The notes below the pieces were generated by a model. That model saw only the letters and a program-made list of their open reading frames with translations. It was not told the DNA's origin and did not search any database. Below are positions 7,247-16,759 of a stretch of DNA of 24,000 nt, piece by piece. The stretch is from contig NZ_CP006867.1 of assembly GCF_001481685.1 (NCBI RefSeq), positions 22,441 to 46,440 on the forward strand, given 5' to 3'. Both the position numbers and the translations under genes were made by a program. Origin of the DNA: Ignicoccus islandicus DSM 13165 (GTDB taxonomy: Archaea > Thermoproteota > Thermoprotei_A > Sulfolobales > Ignicoccaceae). Positions within the stretch are counted from its first letter, which is position 1. Every line of letters begins with the position of its first letter.

Positions 7247-7266
7247 TCTGTTACTAAACTTATTAA

Positions 7267-8001
7267 ATGGATAGCAGGATTAGAGGGGTCGAACGGGAAG
7301 AGAGATTGAAAGTAAGAGTGGTTCTCGTCGAGCCCGAAGGTATGATAAATTTCGGATTCATAGTAAGGCTTTCTAAGAACTTTGAAATAGACGAGATAGC
7401 TGTAGTGAACCCCAAGTTTGATCCATTTGATGAGGAGGTAAAGCGTTTCGCAGCGCAAGGCGTCAACTACCTCTCAAAGGTCAAAATTTACAACACTGTC
7501 GAGGAGGCTCTAGAGGGATTCAAGGTATGCACCTCCGCAAAAGTTTCTCATGACGATCCTTTACGCCAACATGTCCTTCCCTGGGAACTTAAAGATTACA
7601 TTGGGGACGCACAGATAGTATCTCTAGTTTTCGGTCGCGAAAGCGTGGGACTTAGGAGAGATGAACTTGAGAAATGCGATATATTAATGCATATACCAGC
7701 GTCTTCTTCGTATCCTGTGCTCAACCTCTCGCATGCCGTTGCAATAACCCTCTACGAGTTCTGGAAGCAGTTTAAACTGGAAAGGGGAACCTTACCTTCG
7801 AAGCCGTCAGAGGAAGATGTAAATCTATTTAAGTTAAATCTTGCAAACCTCGCTGAAACGTTTATCAAAGATGAAATGAAGAGAAGCAGAATTATTAGAT
7901 TACTTGAGAATCTGGCGGCCAAATCTACGAGGTCGGAGCTGAGGGCATTGATATACTTTTTGGGAAAATGCAAGAGGGCAATTGAAGAAAAGTGCCATTA
8001 G
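7267..8001 (+). CDS. trmJ: SPOUT (SpoU/TrmH-class) tRNA 2'-O-methyltransferase, TrmJ-like
   Basis: The N-terminal SPOUT domain carries VRVVLVEPEGMINFGFIVRLSKNF, LVFGRESVGL and IPASSSYPVLNLSHAVAITLYE, followed by a helical C-terminal extension as in TrmJ. A TATA-like CTATAAGG sits 28 nt upstream of the ATG. Confidence 0.8.
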   Translation: MDSRIRGVEREERLKVRVVLVEPEGMINFGFIVRLSKNFEIDEIAVVNPKFDPFDEEVKRFAAQGVNYLSKVKIYNTVEEALEGFKVCTSAKVSHDDPLRQHVLPWELKDYIGDAQIVSLVFGRESVGLRRDELEKCDILMHIPASSSYPVLNLSHAVAITLYEFWKQFKLERGTLPSKPSEEDVNLFKLNLANLAETFIKDEMKRSRIIRLLENLAAKSTRSELRALIYFLGKCKRAIEEKCH

Positions 8002-8088
8002 CGACGTAGGAGTTAGTTAACTAGTTTAGAAGAGTGCCCTGTGATTTCAAAACCTTCTTTGAACGTATTTATTTGGTGAAACTATAAT

Positions 8089-8493
8089 ATGATAGACATC
8101 GGAAAAGTCCGTGAAATAGTCGATGAGTTTAATAAGGAACATGGTGCAGAATGCGAGGTTCTATCAGTTAGCGACCGTGAAATCGTAATTTCGTTCAAAG
8201 GTCACATATGTTTCACTTGCGGTACGTACGACTACTTTGAGGACCTTGCCATGCGGTTAAGCGAAGCCTTGTCTAAGGAATACGTTGTAGCCGAGTACCA
8301 CCATAACGAGGATGGGAGTTATTTAGTTACATTTAGGCCTAAGAGTGAAGTTAAGGAGCGAAAAAGGGAAGTGCTGGTAATGATCTTCGATGAAAAGGGC
8401 AATCTATCGGAATCGCTTAGAATAGACCTAAGCGACCTTAAGAGAACATCAGACGAAGTAAGTAGAAATGTAAGTAGAAATAATAGTAATTGA
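8089..8493 (+). CDS. Hypothetical protein
   Basis: 134-codon ORF with an ATG start in a clean intergenic context. It contains HICFTCG. I recognise no family. The C-terminus carries an in-frame 12-bp tandem duplication (VSRN VSRN). Confidence 0.55.
   Translation: MIDIGKVREIVDEFNKEHGAECEVLSVSDREIVISFKGHICFTCGTYDYFEDLAMRLSEALSKEYVVAEYHHNEDGSYLVTFRPKSEVKERKREVLVMIFDEKGNLSESLRIDLSDLKRTSDEVSRNVSRNNSN
8458..8481 (+). repeat. Perfect 12-bp tandem duplication (GTAAGTAGAAAT x2) inside the 3' end of a CDS
   Basis: Read directly: gta agt aga aat gta agt aga aat, encoding VSRN VSRN just before the stop. Confidence 0.9.
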
Positions 8494-8603
8494 AGGACTC
8501 CTCTGGAAAGTCGTTTTCAGATTATTTTAGAACGATGAAACTTAATCTGGCTAGTTGCTAATTTAAGAGGATAAAGCGGAGGCTATATTGCCTTACTTAG
8601 TGT

Positions 8604-8609
8604 AAAAAA
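8604..8609 (-). terminator. Oligo-T tract downstream of the peroxiredoxin gene
   Basis: AAAAAA on the + strand gives TTTTTT on the coding strand, starting 9 nt after the stop codon. Archaeal terminators are typically oligo-T runs. Confidence 0.35.
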
Positions 8610-8617
8610 CTAAATGG

Positions 8618-9316
8618 TTATTGTTGACAAGGTCTCTCTAGGAACTTCTTCGCTTCCTCTACGTCCTCCTTGCTTGGAGCAGGCTCGTGGCAGAACCACC
8701 AGTCGAAGCACTCGTACTTCTGCATCCTCTCCTTCGCCTCTTGTTCGGTGCTTGCTGGCGGTATTATTACATGGTCCTTGATTATCTCGTTCTTCGGCCA
8801 TCCGGCCGGGAAGGCCCTTCCCCATTTGTCGCTTAGTTGTAGGGCCTTCAGTAACCTTAGTATTTCGTCCATGTTTCTGCCGACGTTGAGCGGGTAGTAG
8901 AGTATCGCTCTAACCTTTCCTTCTGGATCAATTATGAATACTGCTCTTACGGTAACTACGCCACCTTCGGGGTGTAGCATACCTAGCTTCTTCGCTACTT
9001 CACCAAGGGGGTCCGCGATGATTGGGAACGGTATTTCGACGCCTAGCTTCTCCTTTATCCATTCCTTCCACTTTATGTGGCTGAAGCTATTGTCGACGCT
9101 TAGGCCTAGTAGCTCGGTATTGAGCTTCTTGAAGTCCTCGTACCTCTTTGCGAACGCTACGAACTCGGTAGTACATACTGGCGTGAAGTCAGCTGGGTGG
9201 CTGAATATTACTAACCACTTCCCCTTGTAGTCATCTGGTAGCTTCTTAGGTCCGTGGTCAGTGTGTACAACCATCTCTGGGAGTTTTTCACCGATTAAGG
9301 GTATTTGACCCGGCAT
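8618..9316 (-). CDS. Peroxiredoxin (archaeal Prx6/1-Cys-like thiol peroxidase, Aeropyrum pernix TPx type)
   Basis: Has the peroxidatic motif [15 protein letters not shown], the thioredoxin-fold blocks [11 protein letters not shown] and [13 protein letters not shown], and the C-terminal Cys pair CFDWWFCH. Confidence 0.95.
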   Translation of the reverse strand: MPGQIPLIGEKLPEMVVHTDHGPKKLPDDYKGKWLVIFSHPADFTPVCTTEFVAFAKRYEDFKKLNTELLGLSVDNSFSHIKWKEWIKEKLGVEIPFPIIADPLGEVAKKLGMLHPEGGVVTVRAVFIIDPEGKVRAILYYPLNVGRNMDEILRLLKALQLSDKWGRAFPAGWPKNEIIKDHVIIPPASTEQEAKERMQKYECFDWWFCHEPAPSKEDVEEAKKFLERPCQQ

Positions 9317-9480
9317 CGCTCTCTCCGTTACTACTCTACGTTAACGGCGTTTAAATGTAGAAGGCTTCGGTTATACTTAGGATTTACTTTCGGATTATTG
9401 AAGAAACTTTCCTAAAAACTTTTAATCTTTTCAACGAAAACCCAATAAGATCCGTTCGAATTCATACGCGGGGACATAGT

Positions 9481-10074
9481 TTGGAGACGTTCTTCCTAGT
9501 ACCGGTCTTCGAAAGATATAGTAAGTGGTTGTTATTCGAGATATCTAATGCCTATAGGTTGATAGGCAATAGATTAATACTCTCGGATGTTGAAGATGAG
9601 AGACTGGCCAAAGAACTTAGAAGTCGTGGAATTTTGGTTTTTAGGGAAGACTTCACGAAGGTGTTAAAGGAGCTCCCGAAACCCATAATAGTTCTCGATC
9701 CCAAGGCTAAGGTAAACCTCGATCCCGGAGAGGCCTCAAGTGGGACTATAATCATTGGTGGTATCCTAGGCTCTCATCCGCCTTTGGGGAGAACTTCCGT
9801 CCTCATTTCCTCTAGATTCCGAGGTTTCAAGGAATTTGTTTATTTTAGGAAAATAGGAGATAGACAGTTTACTATAGATGGTGCGCTGGCAGTTGCATGG
9901 CTCATAAGTCAGGGTAAAAAGTTAGAAGAAATAGAAGTAGTTAACGGTCTGAAAATAACCCAAAAACTCCCATTTGGTCTTCAAAGAGAGATAGAGTTGC
10001 CTTACGCGTACCCGAAGGTCAATGGGAAGTTATTCGTATCAAAAGAACTTCTGAATTACTTACTCACCAGCTAG
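9481..10074 (+). CDS. SPOUT-class methyltransferase, DUF431 / SFM1-like (PF04252-like)
   Basis: TTG start. VLDPKAKVNLDPGEASSGTIIIGGILGSHPPLGRT...KIGDRQFTIDGA matches my memory of the yeast Sfm1 core (LLDPRA..L.PEDA...FGGILGDHPPRDRT...LGDKQMTTDTA). Confidence 0.6.
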   Translation: METFFLVPVFERYSKWLLFEISNAYRLIGNRLILSDVEDERLAKELRSRGILVFREDFTKVLKELPKPIIVLDPKAKVNLDPGEASSGTIIIGGILGSHPPLGRTSVLISSRFRGFKEFVYFRKIGDRQFTIDGALAVAWLISQGKKLEEIEVVNGLKITQKLPFGLQREIELPYAYPKVNGKLFVSKELLNYLLTS

Positions 10075-10101
10075 TTTAGTATATAGAGTATCATGGGAAG
10101 A

Positions 10102-10380
10102 TTAGAGAGGTCTAGGTGATACAACGAACTTACCTTCTTCAGTCTCTTCCTTCAATGGGGCAAGGCTAATCCATTTATCTCCCAAGCACTCGGAAGGTTC
10201 ATCGTTTCTCGCGACGTTGGTGAGATCGCTTGGTGTGTACATAGGTTCACCAGTCACTTCAATCGAGTTCAATTTCTCAAATAGGGAATAAATGTCCTTA
10301 AGGTCTTCTTCGAGTCTCTTTAACTCTTCTTCACTTAATTTTAACTTCGATAATTCAGCCGCTCTTCGTGCATCTATCAT
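10102..10380 (-). CDS. gatC: Aspartyl/glutamyl-tRNA amidotransferase subunit C
   Basis: 92 aa. LSKLKLSEEELKRLEEDLKDIYSLFEKLNSIEV...NVARNDEP is the typical GatC pattern. Its start overlaps the cutA stop in an ATGA junction. Confidence 0.75.
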   Translation of the reverse strand: MIDARRAAELSKLKLSEEELKRLEEDLKDIYSLFEKLNSIEVTGEPMYTPSDLTNVARNDEPSECLGDKWISLAPLKEETEEGKFVVSPRPL

Positions 10381-10721
10381 TTCTCACACACCTCTTTAGC
10401 CCACTTAAGGTACTCTGGAAGGACGTAATCAGCTTCTACTGCAATTATTTCTGGAACTTCATAGGGATGGAGGTTTCTCAGCTCATTGATAGCTTCGCTG
10501 GCTTTCTCTTTAGGAACTTTTAAGACGAGTACAGTTTCCTCATCCTCTTGTAATTGGTCTTTCCAAATGTAAAAACTCTGTATTTCTCCGAGAACCCATG
10601 CACATGCTACCAAACGTTTTTCAACTAAAGTCCGTGCAATCTTTTTGGCATCTTCCCTATTTGGGAGTGTTGATATTATTATCATCAATTTGATCTCCAT
10701 GAGTTTTATCCTTCGAGGCAT
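10377..10721 (-). CDS. cutA: Divalent-cation tolerance protein CutA
   Basis: IISTLPNREDAKKIARTLVEKRLVACAWV...SFYIWKDQLQEDEE..L.LK...LHPYEVPEII is the CutA1 family pattern. The true start is probably an internal ATG (10700 or 10685, MIIISTLP). Confidence 0.85.
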   Translation of the reverse strand: MPRRIKLMEIKLMIIISTLPNREDAKKIARTLVEKRLVACAWVLGEIQSFYIWKDQLQEDEETVLVLKVPKEKASEAINELRNLHPYEVPEIIAVEADYVLPEYLKWAKEVCEK

Positions 10722-10953
10722 CTAATCTTTTGTGATGATGAAGTTCGTGGTATGCTTCGAAAAGTTCTTCCAACAATTTCGCCACCTTTAAAGTGATCGG
10801 TGTTACTGGTTTCCTATTCTCTAATATCTCTATGACCTCTTCTCTTTTAATTGATATACCGTAGGTCCTCTTGTAGAGGGTCATGAATTCTTCGAGTAAC
10901 TCCTCGAACTTCTCTTCAACTAGTCTCCTTTTAGATATCCCGATTCTTTTCAT
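10657..10953 (-). CDS. Hypothetical small helical protein, first gene of the cutA-gatC transcription unit
   Basis: 98-codon ORF with an ATG start and Lys/Glu-rich helical composition like its neighbours. Its tail overlaps the 5' end of the cutA ORF. I recognise no family. Confidence 0.45.
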   Translation of the reverse strand: MKRIGISKRRLVEEKFEELLEEFMTLYKRTYGISIKREEVIEILENRKPVTPITLKVAKLLEELFEAYHELHHHKRLDASKDKTHGDQIDDNNINTPK

Positions 10954-11017
10954 CTTCTATACCATTACAACCTTCTAAATAAACCTCATTAAGTTCTCAC
11001 TCTCGGGTAGCGTTGAC

Positions 11018-11782
11018 GTGTTCGTTGTACTAACCGGTACTGCAGGTTCTGGTAAGAGTAACTTGACAGCCGCTCTGGCAAAGTGGATGGTAGATGAGGT
11101 AGGGTTGAAAATAAGCGTAATGAATCTAGATCCAGGAGCTGAGGTACTACCTTATACACCTGATTTCGATATTAGGAATTACTTTACAATTGAAGAAATA
11201 ATGAAGAAGTACAAGTTGGGTCCGAACGGCGCCTTCTTAAAGGCAGCTGAGCTACTGCGTCAGTATGAGCGAGAGATACTCAAAAGTAAACCAGTGAAGG
11301 GATTCTATGACTACGTTCTCGTTGACACGCCTGGCCAGCTAGAGATGTTCATGTTTAGACCAGAGGGCACACACATAATGAAGCGATTGGAAATGGTAAA
11401 ACCAGTATTGATTGTTTACGTTGTAGACGGATCCCTAGCTGACCACCCTGAAGATCTCATGACTTCTTACTTGCTTAACTTAATATTGCAAACGAAAGCA
11501 GAGTTACAAGTAATAACTGTTGTTAATAAAGTAGATTTACTTAACGACGCTGCGAGGGAACAAGTCAGAAAGTTAATAGAAACTCCCGAACTCTTTGCCA
11601 AGGAAGTGGCTGACAAGGTAGGAGGAATTGCGGCCGATATGATACTCGACTTAGCGCAAGTTGCCGAAAAGTACTCTCCTTCAGCCAGAGCTATTATGGT
11701 TTCAGCACGCACGTTAGAGGGAATGAAGGAACTTTACGACGTAATTCACGAAATATATTGTAGTTGCGGTGATCTAACTTGA
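11018..11782 (+). CDS. GPN-loop GTPase (Npa3/XAB1/PAB0955 family)
   Basis: Has the P-loop GTAGSGKS, the eponymous GPNGA motif, DTPGQLEMF and NKVDLL. GTG start. Confidence 0.9.
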   Translation: MFVVLTGTAGSGKSNLTAALAKWMVDEVGLKISVMNLDPGAEVLPYTPDFDIRNYFTIEEIMKKYKLGPNGAFLKAAELLRQYEREILKSKPVKGFYDYVLVDTPGQLEMFMFRPEGTHIMKRLEMVKPVLIVYVVDGSLADHPEDLMTSYLLNLILQTKAELQVITVVNKVDLLNDAAREQVRKLIETPELFAKEVADKVGGIAADMILDLAQVAEKYSPSARAIMVSARTLEGMKELYDVIHEIYCSCGDLT

Positions 11783-12606
11783 AGTGTGTTAAGGCAATAA
11801 GTCACGGAGGCGCATCAATTCTCAATGCAATACCTACTGGTATTGGTTCGGCCTTCGCTTTGAACTTAAACGTTGAAGTTGAGGTTTGCGAAAGCATGGA
11901 GAATCACTTTCCCTCGCATGCTATTGAAGAAGTGTACAACACTATCAAGGCGAAGTATTGTCAACAACTACAAGCAGTAAGCGTTAAGGTTAGGTCCGAA
12001 ATACCTGCAGGAGGGGGATTGAAGTCTTCGTCTGCGGTCACCAATGCTACAGCCGCAGCTTTAAGTAAGTTGTGCGCACTAAAGGTTTCGCCATATGAAA
12101 TACTGAGACTTGCTGTGGAGGCCTCAAAGAAAGCGAGAGTTACAATAACGGGTGCTTTAGACGATGCCGCTGCGAGTCTTCTAGGAGGCTTAGTGATTAC
12201 GAATAATCATGAGATGAAAATACTAGATAGGATGGCACTTCCCGAGCTACCTGTGATAGTAATCCCTAGATCAGGTCGTCGGTACGGCTTTGAAGAAATA
12301 AAAGACAGGTTGTCTAGTTTAAAGAGTCAATTTAAAGTAATTGAGGAGAGACTTCTTGATAACAAAGATTTATGGAACGTAATGACACTGAACGGAATCC
12401 TAGTTGCGAGCGCTCTTGGTTACTCAACCGAACCAATAACGCAAGCTCTCAAGAGAGGTGCAATAGCAGCATCAATTAGTGGTAATGGCCCTTCTTACGT
12501 TATTGTCGCAGAGAAGGATAATTACCAAGAAATTTACGAGTTATTTAAAAATGAAGGCGCTGTCCTTAGTAACATTACTAACGAAAAAGCCTATTACGCT
12601 GACTAA
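11779..12606 (+). CDS. aroK: Shikimate kinase, archaeal GHMP-kinase type
   Basis: Has GGASILNAIPTGIGSAFAL at the N-terminus and the GHMP motif PAGGGLKSSSAVTNA. The TTG start overlaps the upstream TGA (cTTGAa). Confidence 0.8.
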   Translation: MKCVKAISHGGASILNAIPTGIGSAFALNLNVEVEVCESMENHFPSHAIEEVYNTIKAKYCQQLQAVSVKVRSEIPAGGGLKSSSAVTNATAAALSKLCALKVSPYEILRLAVEASKKARVTITGALDDAAASLLGGLVITNNHEMKILDRMALPELPVIVIPRSGRRYGFEEIKDRLSSLKSQFKVIEERLLDNKDLWNVMTLNGILVASALGYSTEPITQALKRGAIAASISGNGPSYVIVAEKDNYQEIYELFKNEGAVLSNITNEKAYYAD

Positions 12607-12665
12607 ATCCGAAGAAGTAAACTCTTAACTTAATTTCAAAGAGCAGAACGACTGGTTGGTGAGAA

Positions 12666-13019
12666 ATGGTTTGCGTTGTAGTCCCCACAGATGATGGAAA
12701 AACAGTTAAATTGGGTCACTTTGGAGATGCGAAGAAGTATTTACACTATGTGAAAACTGAAGACGGATGGAAAGTCGTGAAAGAGATACCTAATCCGTAT
12801 TCTGAAGAAGAAGAGCATGTTCATAATACCTTGGAGAAAAGAAAGGAAATCCTCCGTCTAAATAACGATTGCGACGTCTTCGTCTATACATTCTTCGGAC
12901 CGGGAGGCGAAAAGTTTATGAAAGAACATGGAAAAATTGTGGTACACGTCGATCCAAAGACGACTATTGAAGAGGCGCTCAGAAAGGTCGAGCAAATTCT
13001 AAGCGGAGTAGCACACTAG
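12666..13019 (+). CDS. NifB/NifX-like (dinitrogenase FeMo-cofactor-binding-domain family) small protein
   Basis: MVCVVVPTDDGKTVKLGHFGDAKKYLHY and the later FGPGGEKFMKEHGKIVV...TIEEAL resemble the PF02579-type fold pattern. A GGTGA Shine-Dalgarno-like element lies 5 nt upstream of the ATG. Confidence 0.5.
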   Translation: MVCVVVPTDDGKTVKLGHFGDAKKYLHYVKTEDGWKVVKEIPNPYSEEEEHVHNTLEKRKEILRLNNDCDVFVYTFFGPGGEKFMKEHGKIVVHVDPKTTIEEALRKVEQILSGVAH

Positions 13020-14722
13020 TCATGGATATATATTAGCTTCAGAGTATTGTCCTCCACACCCTCGATTTTTGCAAAGCCTTTTCTGATGAGCTGGATTGTA
13101 TGAGCTCTTACTTCAAAGGCCTTTTCTTCTACGTAGCCTACGGAAAACCCCTTCTCTGGATACCATACCATTGCCTTATTCTTTCCTTTAACCCATTGAA
13201 TTATTTCTAGCTTTCTTTGCCTAGCGTATTCTAAGTCTTTAGAAATAAGCTCTAACACAAGGCGAGAATTTTCGATATCGAATCCAACTATCTTGAAATT
13301 CCCTAGCTCCATGAGTCGTACTTCTCCTTGCTTCTTCATAACTTTTCTGAGATCTTCTTTCTCTATATATATCACATCGTTAGGACCTACTACGTACTTC
13401 CTACTTCCCATCTCCGGAATTTTTGGATGCCATGGAATCTCAGCGACTAGTTCTTCATTACTCTTAATGTAAGCTTCTACGGGATCTTCGATATACATTA
13501 TACGAGGGGATTCCGGATCTATTATTTTCCTATTTATTGCAGCTAAGTTGTCGAAACTAATGCTTGCGTCACTAGCCTTTATTCCTACATCTATCATTAT
13601 CTCTCTGATAGCCTCTGGAGAAAACCCTCTCCTCCTTAGCCCTCGTATCGTTGCAGCTCTCGGATCATCTCCTTTAATTCCCAACTCCCTTAACTTACTC
13701 TTAGATAAGATAAATCCTTCCAGTTTCAATCTACCGAAGTGTATTGAAATAGGAGGCGTCCATCCCATATATTGAAAAATGTAACTCTGTTTAGTTTCGT
13801 TCTGTCTATGTTCTCTGGCTCTCAGTACGTGAGTTACCCCCATCAAGTGGTCGTCTATGGCAGCTGCGAAGTTATATGTGGGCCATAGCCAGTACTTGTC
13901 GCCCACAAGTGGATGGGGGTGTTTCCTTGGATCTATTATTCTGAAAGCAACCCAGTCCCTAACCGAAGGATCTGGATGAGACATATCTGTTTTTATTCTA
14001 ACAACGGCCTCACCTTCTCCATAGGCACCTTCCAATATCTTCTCTAGCCTCTCCAAATGCGTTTCCGGTAGTTCCTCTCTGTGAGGACATGGCCGTCTTG
14101 AGTCTTTGTACTTTTTCCATTCCTCATTAGTACACGTACAGACGTAAGCTTTTCCTTTTTCGATGAGTTTCTTGAGAATATCGTAATATATTTCCATTCT
14201 ATTGGATTGATAGTATATTTCATCGGGCTTGATGCCCAGCCATTCGAGGTCCTCCACTATTGCTTCATATGCATCAGGCAAAGGTCTCTTGGTCCTCGGA
14301 TCAGTATCCTCGAACCTTAGTATGAACTTACCCTTATACATTCTTGCGTATTCGTGACTTAGGATTGCTGGTCTGGCGTTACCTAGGGTCATATAGAAGT
14401 CGGGATTCGGTGCGAAGCGAGTTACTACTTTCCCCTCTTCAGCATTGGGTAGTGGCGGCAATCCTTTCCTAACTTCCTTCTTTCCTTCAGTTAGTGCCTC
14501 TGGGTATCGTTCCTTAAGGAGCCTCTCTTGCTCCTCAATTGATAACGAGTTCACTTCATCTATTACTTCTCGAACAATAGGAATGATTTCCTTCACTTTC
14601 TTCCTTAAGTCTGGATTTTCAGCGAGCATAGCGGTTACTACTGCTTTTAGTTGAGCTTTACCGCCATGAGTATACGCGTTTTTAAGTGCATGCTTAAAAG
14701 CGAGTTCTCTAATTTCGTTCAC
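13016..14722 (-). CDS. gltX: Glutamyl-tRNA synthetase (archaeal/eukaryal type)
   Basis: GTG start. RFAPNPDFYMTLGNAR is the class I HIGH-region variant. FILRFEDTDP, the WLWPTYNFAAAIDDHLMGVTHVLR block and ILSKSK (KMSKS variant) are also present. Its stop shares the palindrome CTAG with the convergent upstream gene. Confidence 0.9.
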   Translation of the reverse strand: MNEIRELAFKHALKNAYTHGGKAQLKAVVTAMLAENPDLRKKVKEIIPIVREVIDEVNSLSIEEQERLLKERYPEALTEGKKEVRKGLPPLPNAEEGKVVTRFAPNPDFYMTLGNARPAILSHEYARMYKGKFILRFEDTDPRTKRPLPDAYEAIVEDLEWLGIKPDEIYYQSNRMEIYYDILKKLIEKGKAYVCTCTNEEWKKYKDSRRPCPHREELPETHLERLEKILEGAYGEGEAVVRIKTDMSHPDPSVRDWVAFRIIDPRKHPHPLVGDKYWLWPTYNFAAAIDDHLMGVTHVLRAREHRQNETKQSYIFQYMGWTPPISIHFGRLKLEGFILSKSKLRELGIKGDDPRAATIRGLRRRGFSPEAIREIMIDVGIKASDASISFDNLAAINRKIIDPESPRIMYIEDPVEAYIKSNEELVAEIPWHPKIPEMGSRKYVVGPNDVIYIEKEDLRKVMKKQGEVRLMELGNFKIVGFDIENSRLVLELISKDLEYARQRKLEIIQWVKGKNKAMVWYPEKGFSVGYVEEKAFEVRAHTIQLIRKGFAKIEGVEDNTLKLIYIHD

Positions 14723-14752
14723 TTTTTGACGCCCAAGTAGGTTTCATTAAGT

Positions 14753-14765
14753 GCTATAAATAGCA
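14753..14765 (-). promoter_or_regulatory. Palindromic TATA-like element upstream of gltX
   Basis: TGCTATAATAGCA has 6-bp inverted arms around a central A. It is centred about 37 nt upstream of the gltX GTG at 14722. Confidence 0.3.
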
Positions 14766-14793
14766 TTCAAAGCCAGATAATTCAATTAACACC

Positions 14794-14804
14794 TTTTTTA
14801 AATC
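14794..14804 (+). promoter_or_regulatory. TATA-box-like element upstream of the S17 ribosomal-protein operon
   Basis: TTTTTTAAAT lies in the 113-nt divergent intergenic region, about 32-42 nt upstream of the TTG 14836 start. Confidence 0.4.
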
Positions 14805-14835
14805 CCCACTGAACTCCAAGGAGGGGTTCAGAGCC

Positions 14836-15195
14836 TTGTCGGCAGTTGAAGCTGGACGCGTGGGAATTAGGGGCGTGGAACCGCCCAAGATAGCGTGCGA
14901 CGATCCTGAATGTCCATGGCACGGACATCTAAAGGTGAGGGGTACCATCTTAGAAGGTATTGTTGTAAAGAAGAGGATGCAAAAGGCTGTTGTAGTTAGA
15001 CACGAGTATTTGTACTATAACAAGAAGTACCAAAGATATGAAAGAAGGAAGAAGAACATCCACGCACGATTACCTCCATGCTTAGCTAACGAAATAAAGG
15101 AAGGCGACGTCGTAGTTATCGGCGAGACGAGGCCATTGGCTAAAAGCATAAGCTTCGTTGTGCTCGGTAGGAGGAAAACTGGAGGTGAAGAGTAA
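14836..15195 (+). CDS. rps17: 30S ribosomal protein S17 (uS17)
   Basis: [16 protein letters not shown]...[14 protein letters not shown]...[24 protein letters not shown] start at 14836, with GGAGGGG 10 nt upstream. The in-frame GTG at 14860 is an alternative start. Confidence 0.9.
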   Translation: MSAVEAGRVGIRGVEPPKIACDDPECPWHGHLKVRGTILEGIVVKKRMQKAVVVRHEYLYYNKKYQRYERRKKNIHARLPPCLANEIKEGDVVVIGETRPLAKSISFVVLGRRKTGGEE

Positions 15196-15608
15196 TGGTA
15201 AAAGCAACGGCGATAAAATCTAGGAAGAAGATAACAACTGGTCTCCAAGTTGGTTCATACGTAAAGGTTACCGATAACAGTGGAGCTAAGGTAGCTCAAA
15301 TTATTGGTGTCCCGGGATATCATGGACGCTTAAGGAGGATACCGCCGGCGGGCGTTAGCGACATGGTTGTCGTAACTGTCAAGAAGGGTACCCCAGAGAT
15401 GCGTCATCAAGTCGTTAGAGCCATTGTAGTGCGTCAAAAGAAGCCTTTCAGGAGACCCGACGGAACGTGGGTTGCGTTCGAAGATAACGCAGTGATAATA
15501 GTGAACGAGGACGGATCCCCCAAAGCCTCTGAAGTAAGAGGACCTGTAGCTAGGGAAGTTGTAGAGAGATGGCCACGAGTAGGAAACGTTGTAAGCATAG
15601 TGGTCTGA
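15195..15608 (+). CDS. rpl14: 50S ribosomal protein L14 (uL14)
   Basis: [10 protein letters not shown]...[12 protein letters not shown]...[32 protein letters not shown] lies 6 nt upstream. The ATG overlaps the S17 TAA (TAATG). Confidence 0.95.
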   Translation: MVKATAIKSRKKITTGLQVGSYVKVTDNSGAKVAQIIGVPGYHGRLRRIPPAGVSDMVVVTVKKGTPEMRHQVVRAIVVRQKKPFRRPDGTWVAFEDNAVIIVNEDGSPKASEVRGPVAREVVERWPRVGNVVSIVV

Positions 15609-15618
15609 GGTGAAGATC

Positions 15619-15987
15619 ATGCCCTTGATAAGTTCGAAGAAACCCTCGAAGCAAAGGAAGTTCTACTTCAATGCACCCCTCCACTTGCGCCACAAGTTCA
15701 TGAATGCTCCATTAAGCGAGGAACTCCAAAAGAAATACGGTGTTAAGAGACTTCCCGTCAGAAAGGGCGATACAGTAAAAATTGTGAGAGGGAAGTTCAG
15801 GGGTCATGAAGGAAAGGTAGCGAAGGTAGATTTGAAGAAAGTTAGGATTTACGTAGATGGGGCAACGATTGAAAACAGTAGAGGGGAAAGAGTATTCTAT
15901 CCGATACACCCATCTAAGGTTATCATTACTAACCTAGGAGAAGTGGATAAGGTTCGCGAAAAGATAATTAATAGGAGGAAGAGGTGA
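15619..15987 (+). CDS. rpl24: 50S ribosomal protein L24 (uL24)
   Basis: [22 protein letters not shown] is the KOW motif. I prefer ATG 15619 over the track's GTG 15610 because GAGGTGA (15607..15613) sits 5 nt before the ATG and contains that GTG. Confidence 0.9.
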   Translation: MPLISSKKPSKQRKFYFNAPLHLRHKFMNAPLSEELQKKYGVKRLPVRKGDTVKIVRGKFRGHEGKVAKVDLKKVRIYVDGATIENSRGERVFYPIHPSKVIITNLGEVDKVREKIINRRKR

Positions 15988-15994
15988 GTCCGAG

Positions 15995-16759
15995 ATGGCT
16001 CGAATGGGTGGTAAGAGACACTTAAAGAGACTAGCTGCACCTGCCTTCTGGCCTGTTCCAAAGAAGGAGGCAGTATGGGTCGTAAAACCAAGAGCTGGTC
16101 CGCATCCGCAATTTGAAAGTATACCACTACTTGTTCTCGTGAGAGATGTACTTAAATTGGCAGAGACTTCTAGAGAAGCTAGAAAGATCATATCCGAAGG
16201 TAAAATCAAAGTAGATGGGCGCGTACGAAAGGACTATAAGTTCCCGGTAGGTAAAATGGATGTAATAGAACTCGTGGGCGCTGATAAGTATTACAGAATG
16301 GTTCCATACCCAACAAAATACCTCATTCCAATCGAAATAGACGCAGAGGAAGCCAAGTTAAAGCCTGTAAGGATTGAAAATAAGACCACCGTAAAGGGTG
16401 GTCATATACAATTAAACTTGCACGATGGAAGGAACATATTAATCAAGGTAAGCGATCCTAGAAACCCTGTCGAAGCGCAAGACTACAAAACGTTATCTAC
16501 CTTGCTAATAACTCTTCCGGATCAACAAATTCAGAAGATCATACCTATGAAGGAAGGTGTAATTGCTATAGTTAGCTCCGGTAGGAACGTGGGCAGAGTA
16601 GGGCGCATTGAAGGTATAGAGGCTGGTATGGGAAGGAAGGAGACGTTAGTAAAAATGAGGGATGTACATGGAGAAGTTTTCTATACTGTTATTGATTACG
16701 TCTTCCCAATAGGGGAAGAAGAACCTATAATAAAATTACCTGAAGGTGCGTGGAAATGA
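15995..16759 (+). CDS. rps4e: 30S ribosomal protein S4e (eS4)
   Basis: [21 protein letters not shown]...[26 protein letters not shown] lies 7 nt upstream of the ATG. Confidence 0.95.
   Translation: MARMGGKRHLKRLAAPAFWPVPKKEAVWVVKPRAGPHPQFESIPLLVLVRDVLKLAETSREARKIISEGKIKVDGRVRKDYKFPVGKMDVIELVGADKYYRMVPYPTKYLIPIEIDAEEAKLKPVRIENKTTVKGGHIQLNLHDGRNILIKVSDPRNPVEAQDYKTLSTLLITLPDQQIQKIIPMKEGVIAIVSSGRNVGRVGRIEGIEAGMGRKETLVKMRDVHGEVFYTVIDYVFPIGEEEPIIKLPEGAWK

Noticed and set aside
8494-8617. Convergent intergenic region checked for a C/D-box sRNA (CGATGAA... CTGG)
   Set aside because: There is no proper RUGAUGA C box or CUGA D box pair on either strand. The region is better explained by T-rich terminator tracts for the two convergent genes.
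9339-9346. CGTTAACG palindrome, plus CCGTTA-N11-TAACGG inverted repeat, between the TATA-like TTTAAAC and the peroxiredoxin start, as a candidate redox-regulator operator
   Set aside because: The arms are only 6-8 bp. About 90 perfect 8-bp palindromes are expected by chance in 24 kb, and I found no second copy elsewhere in the window.
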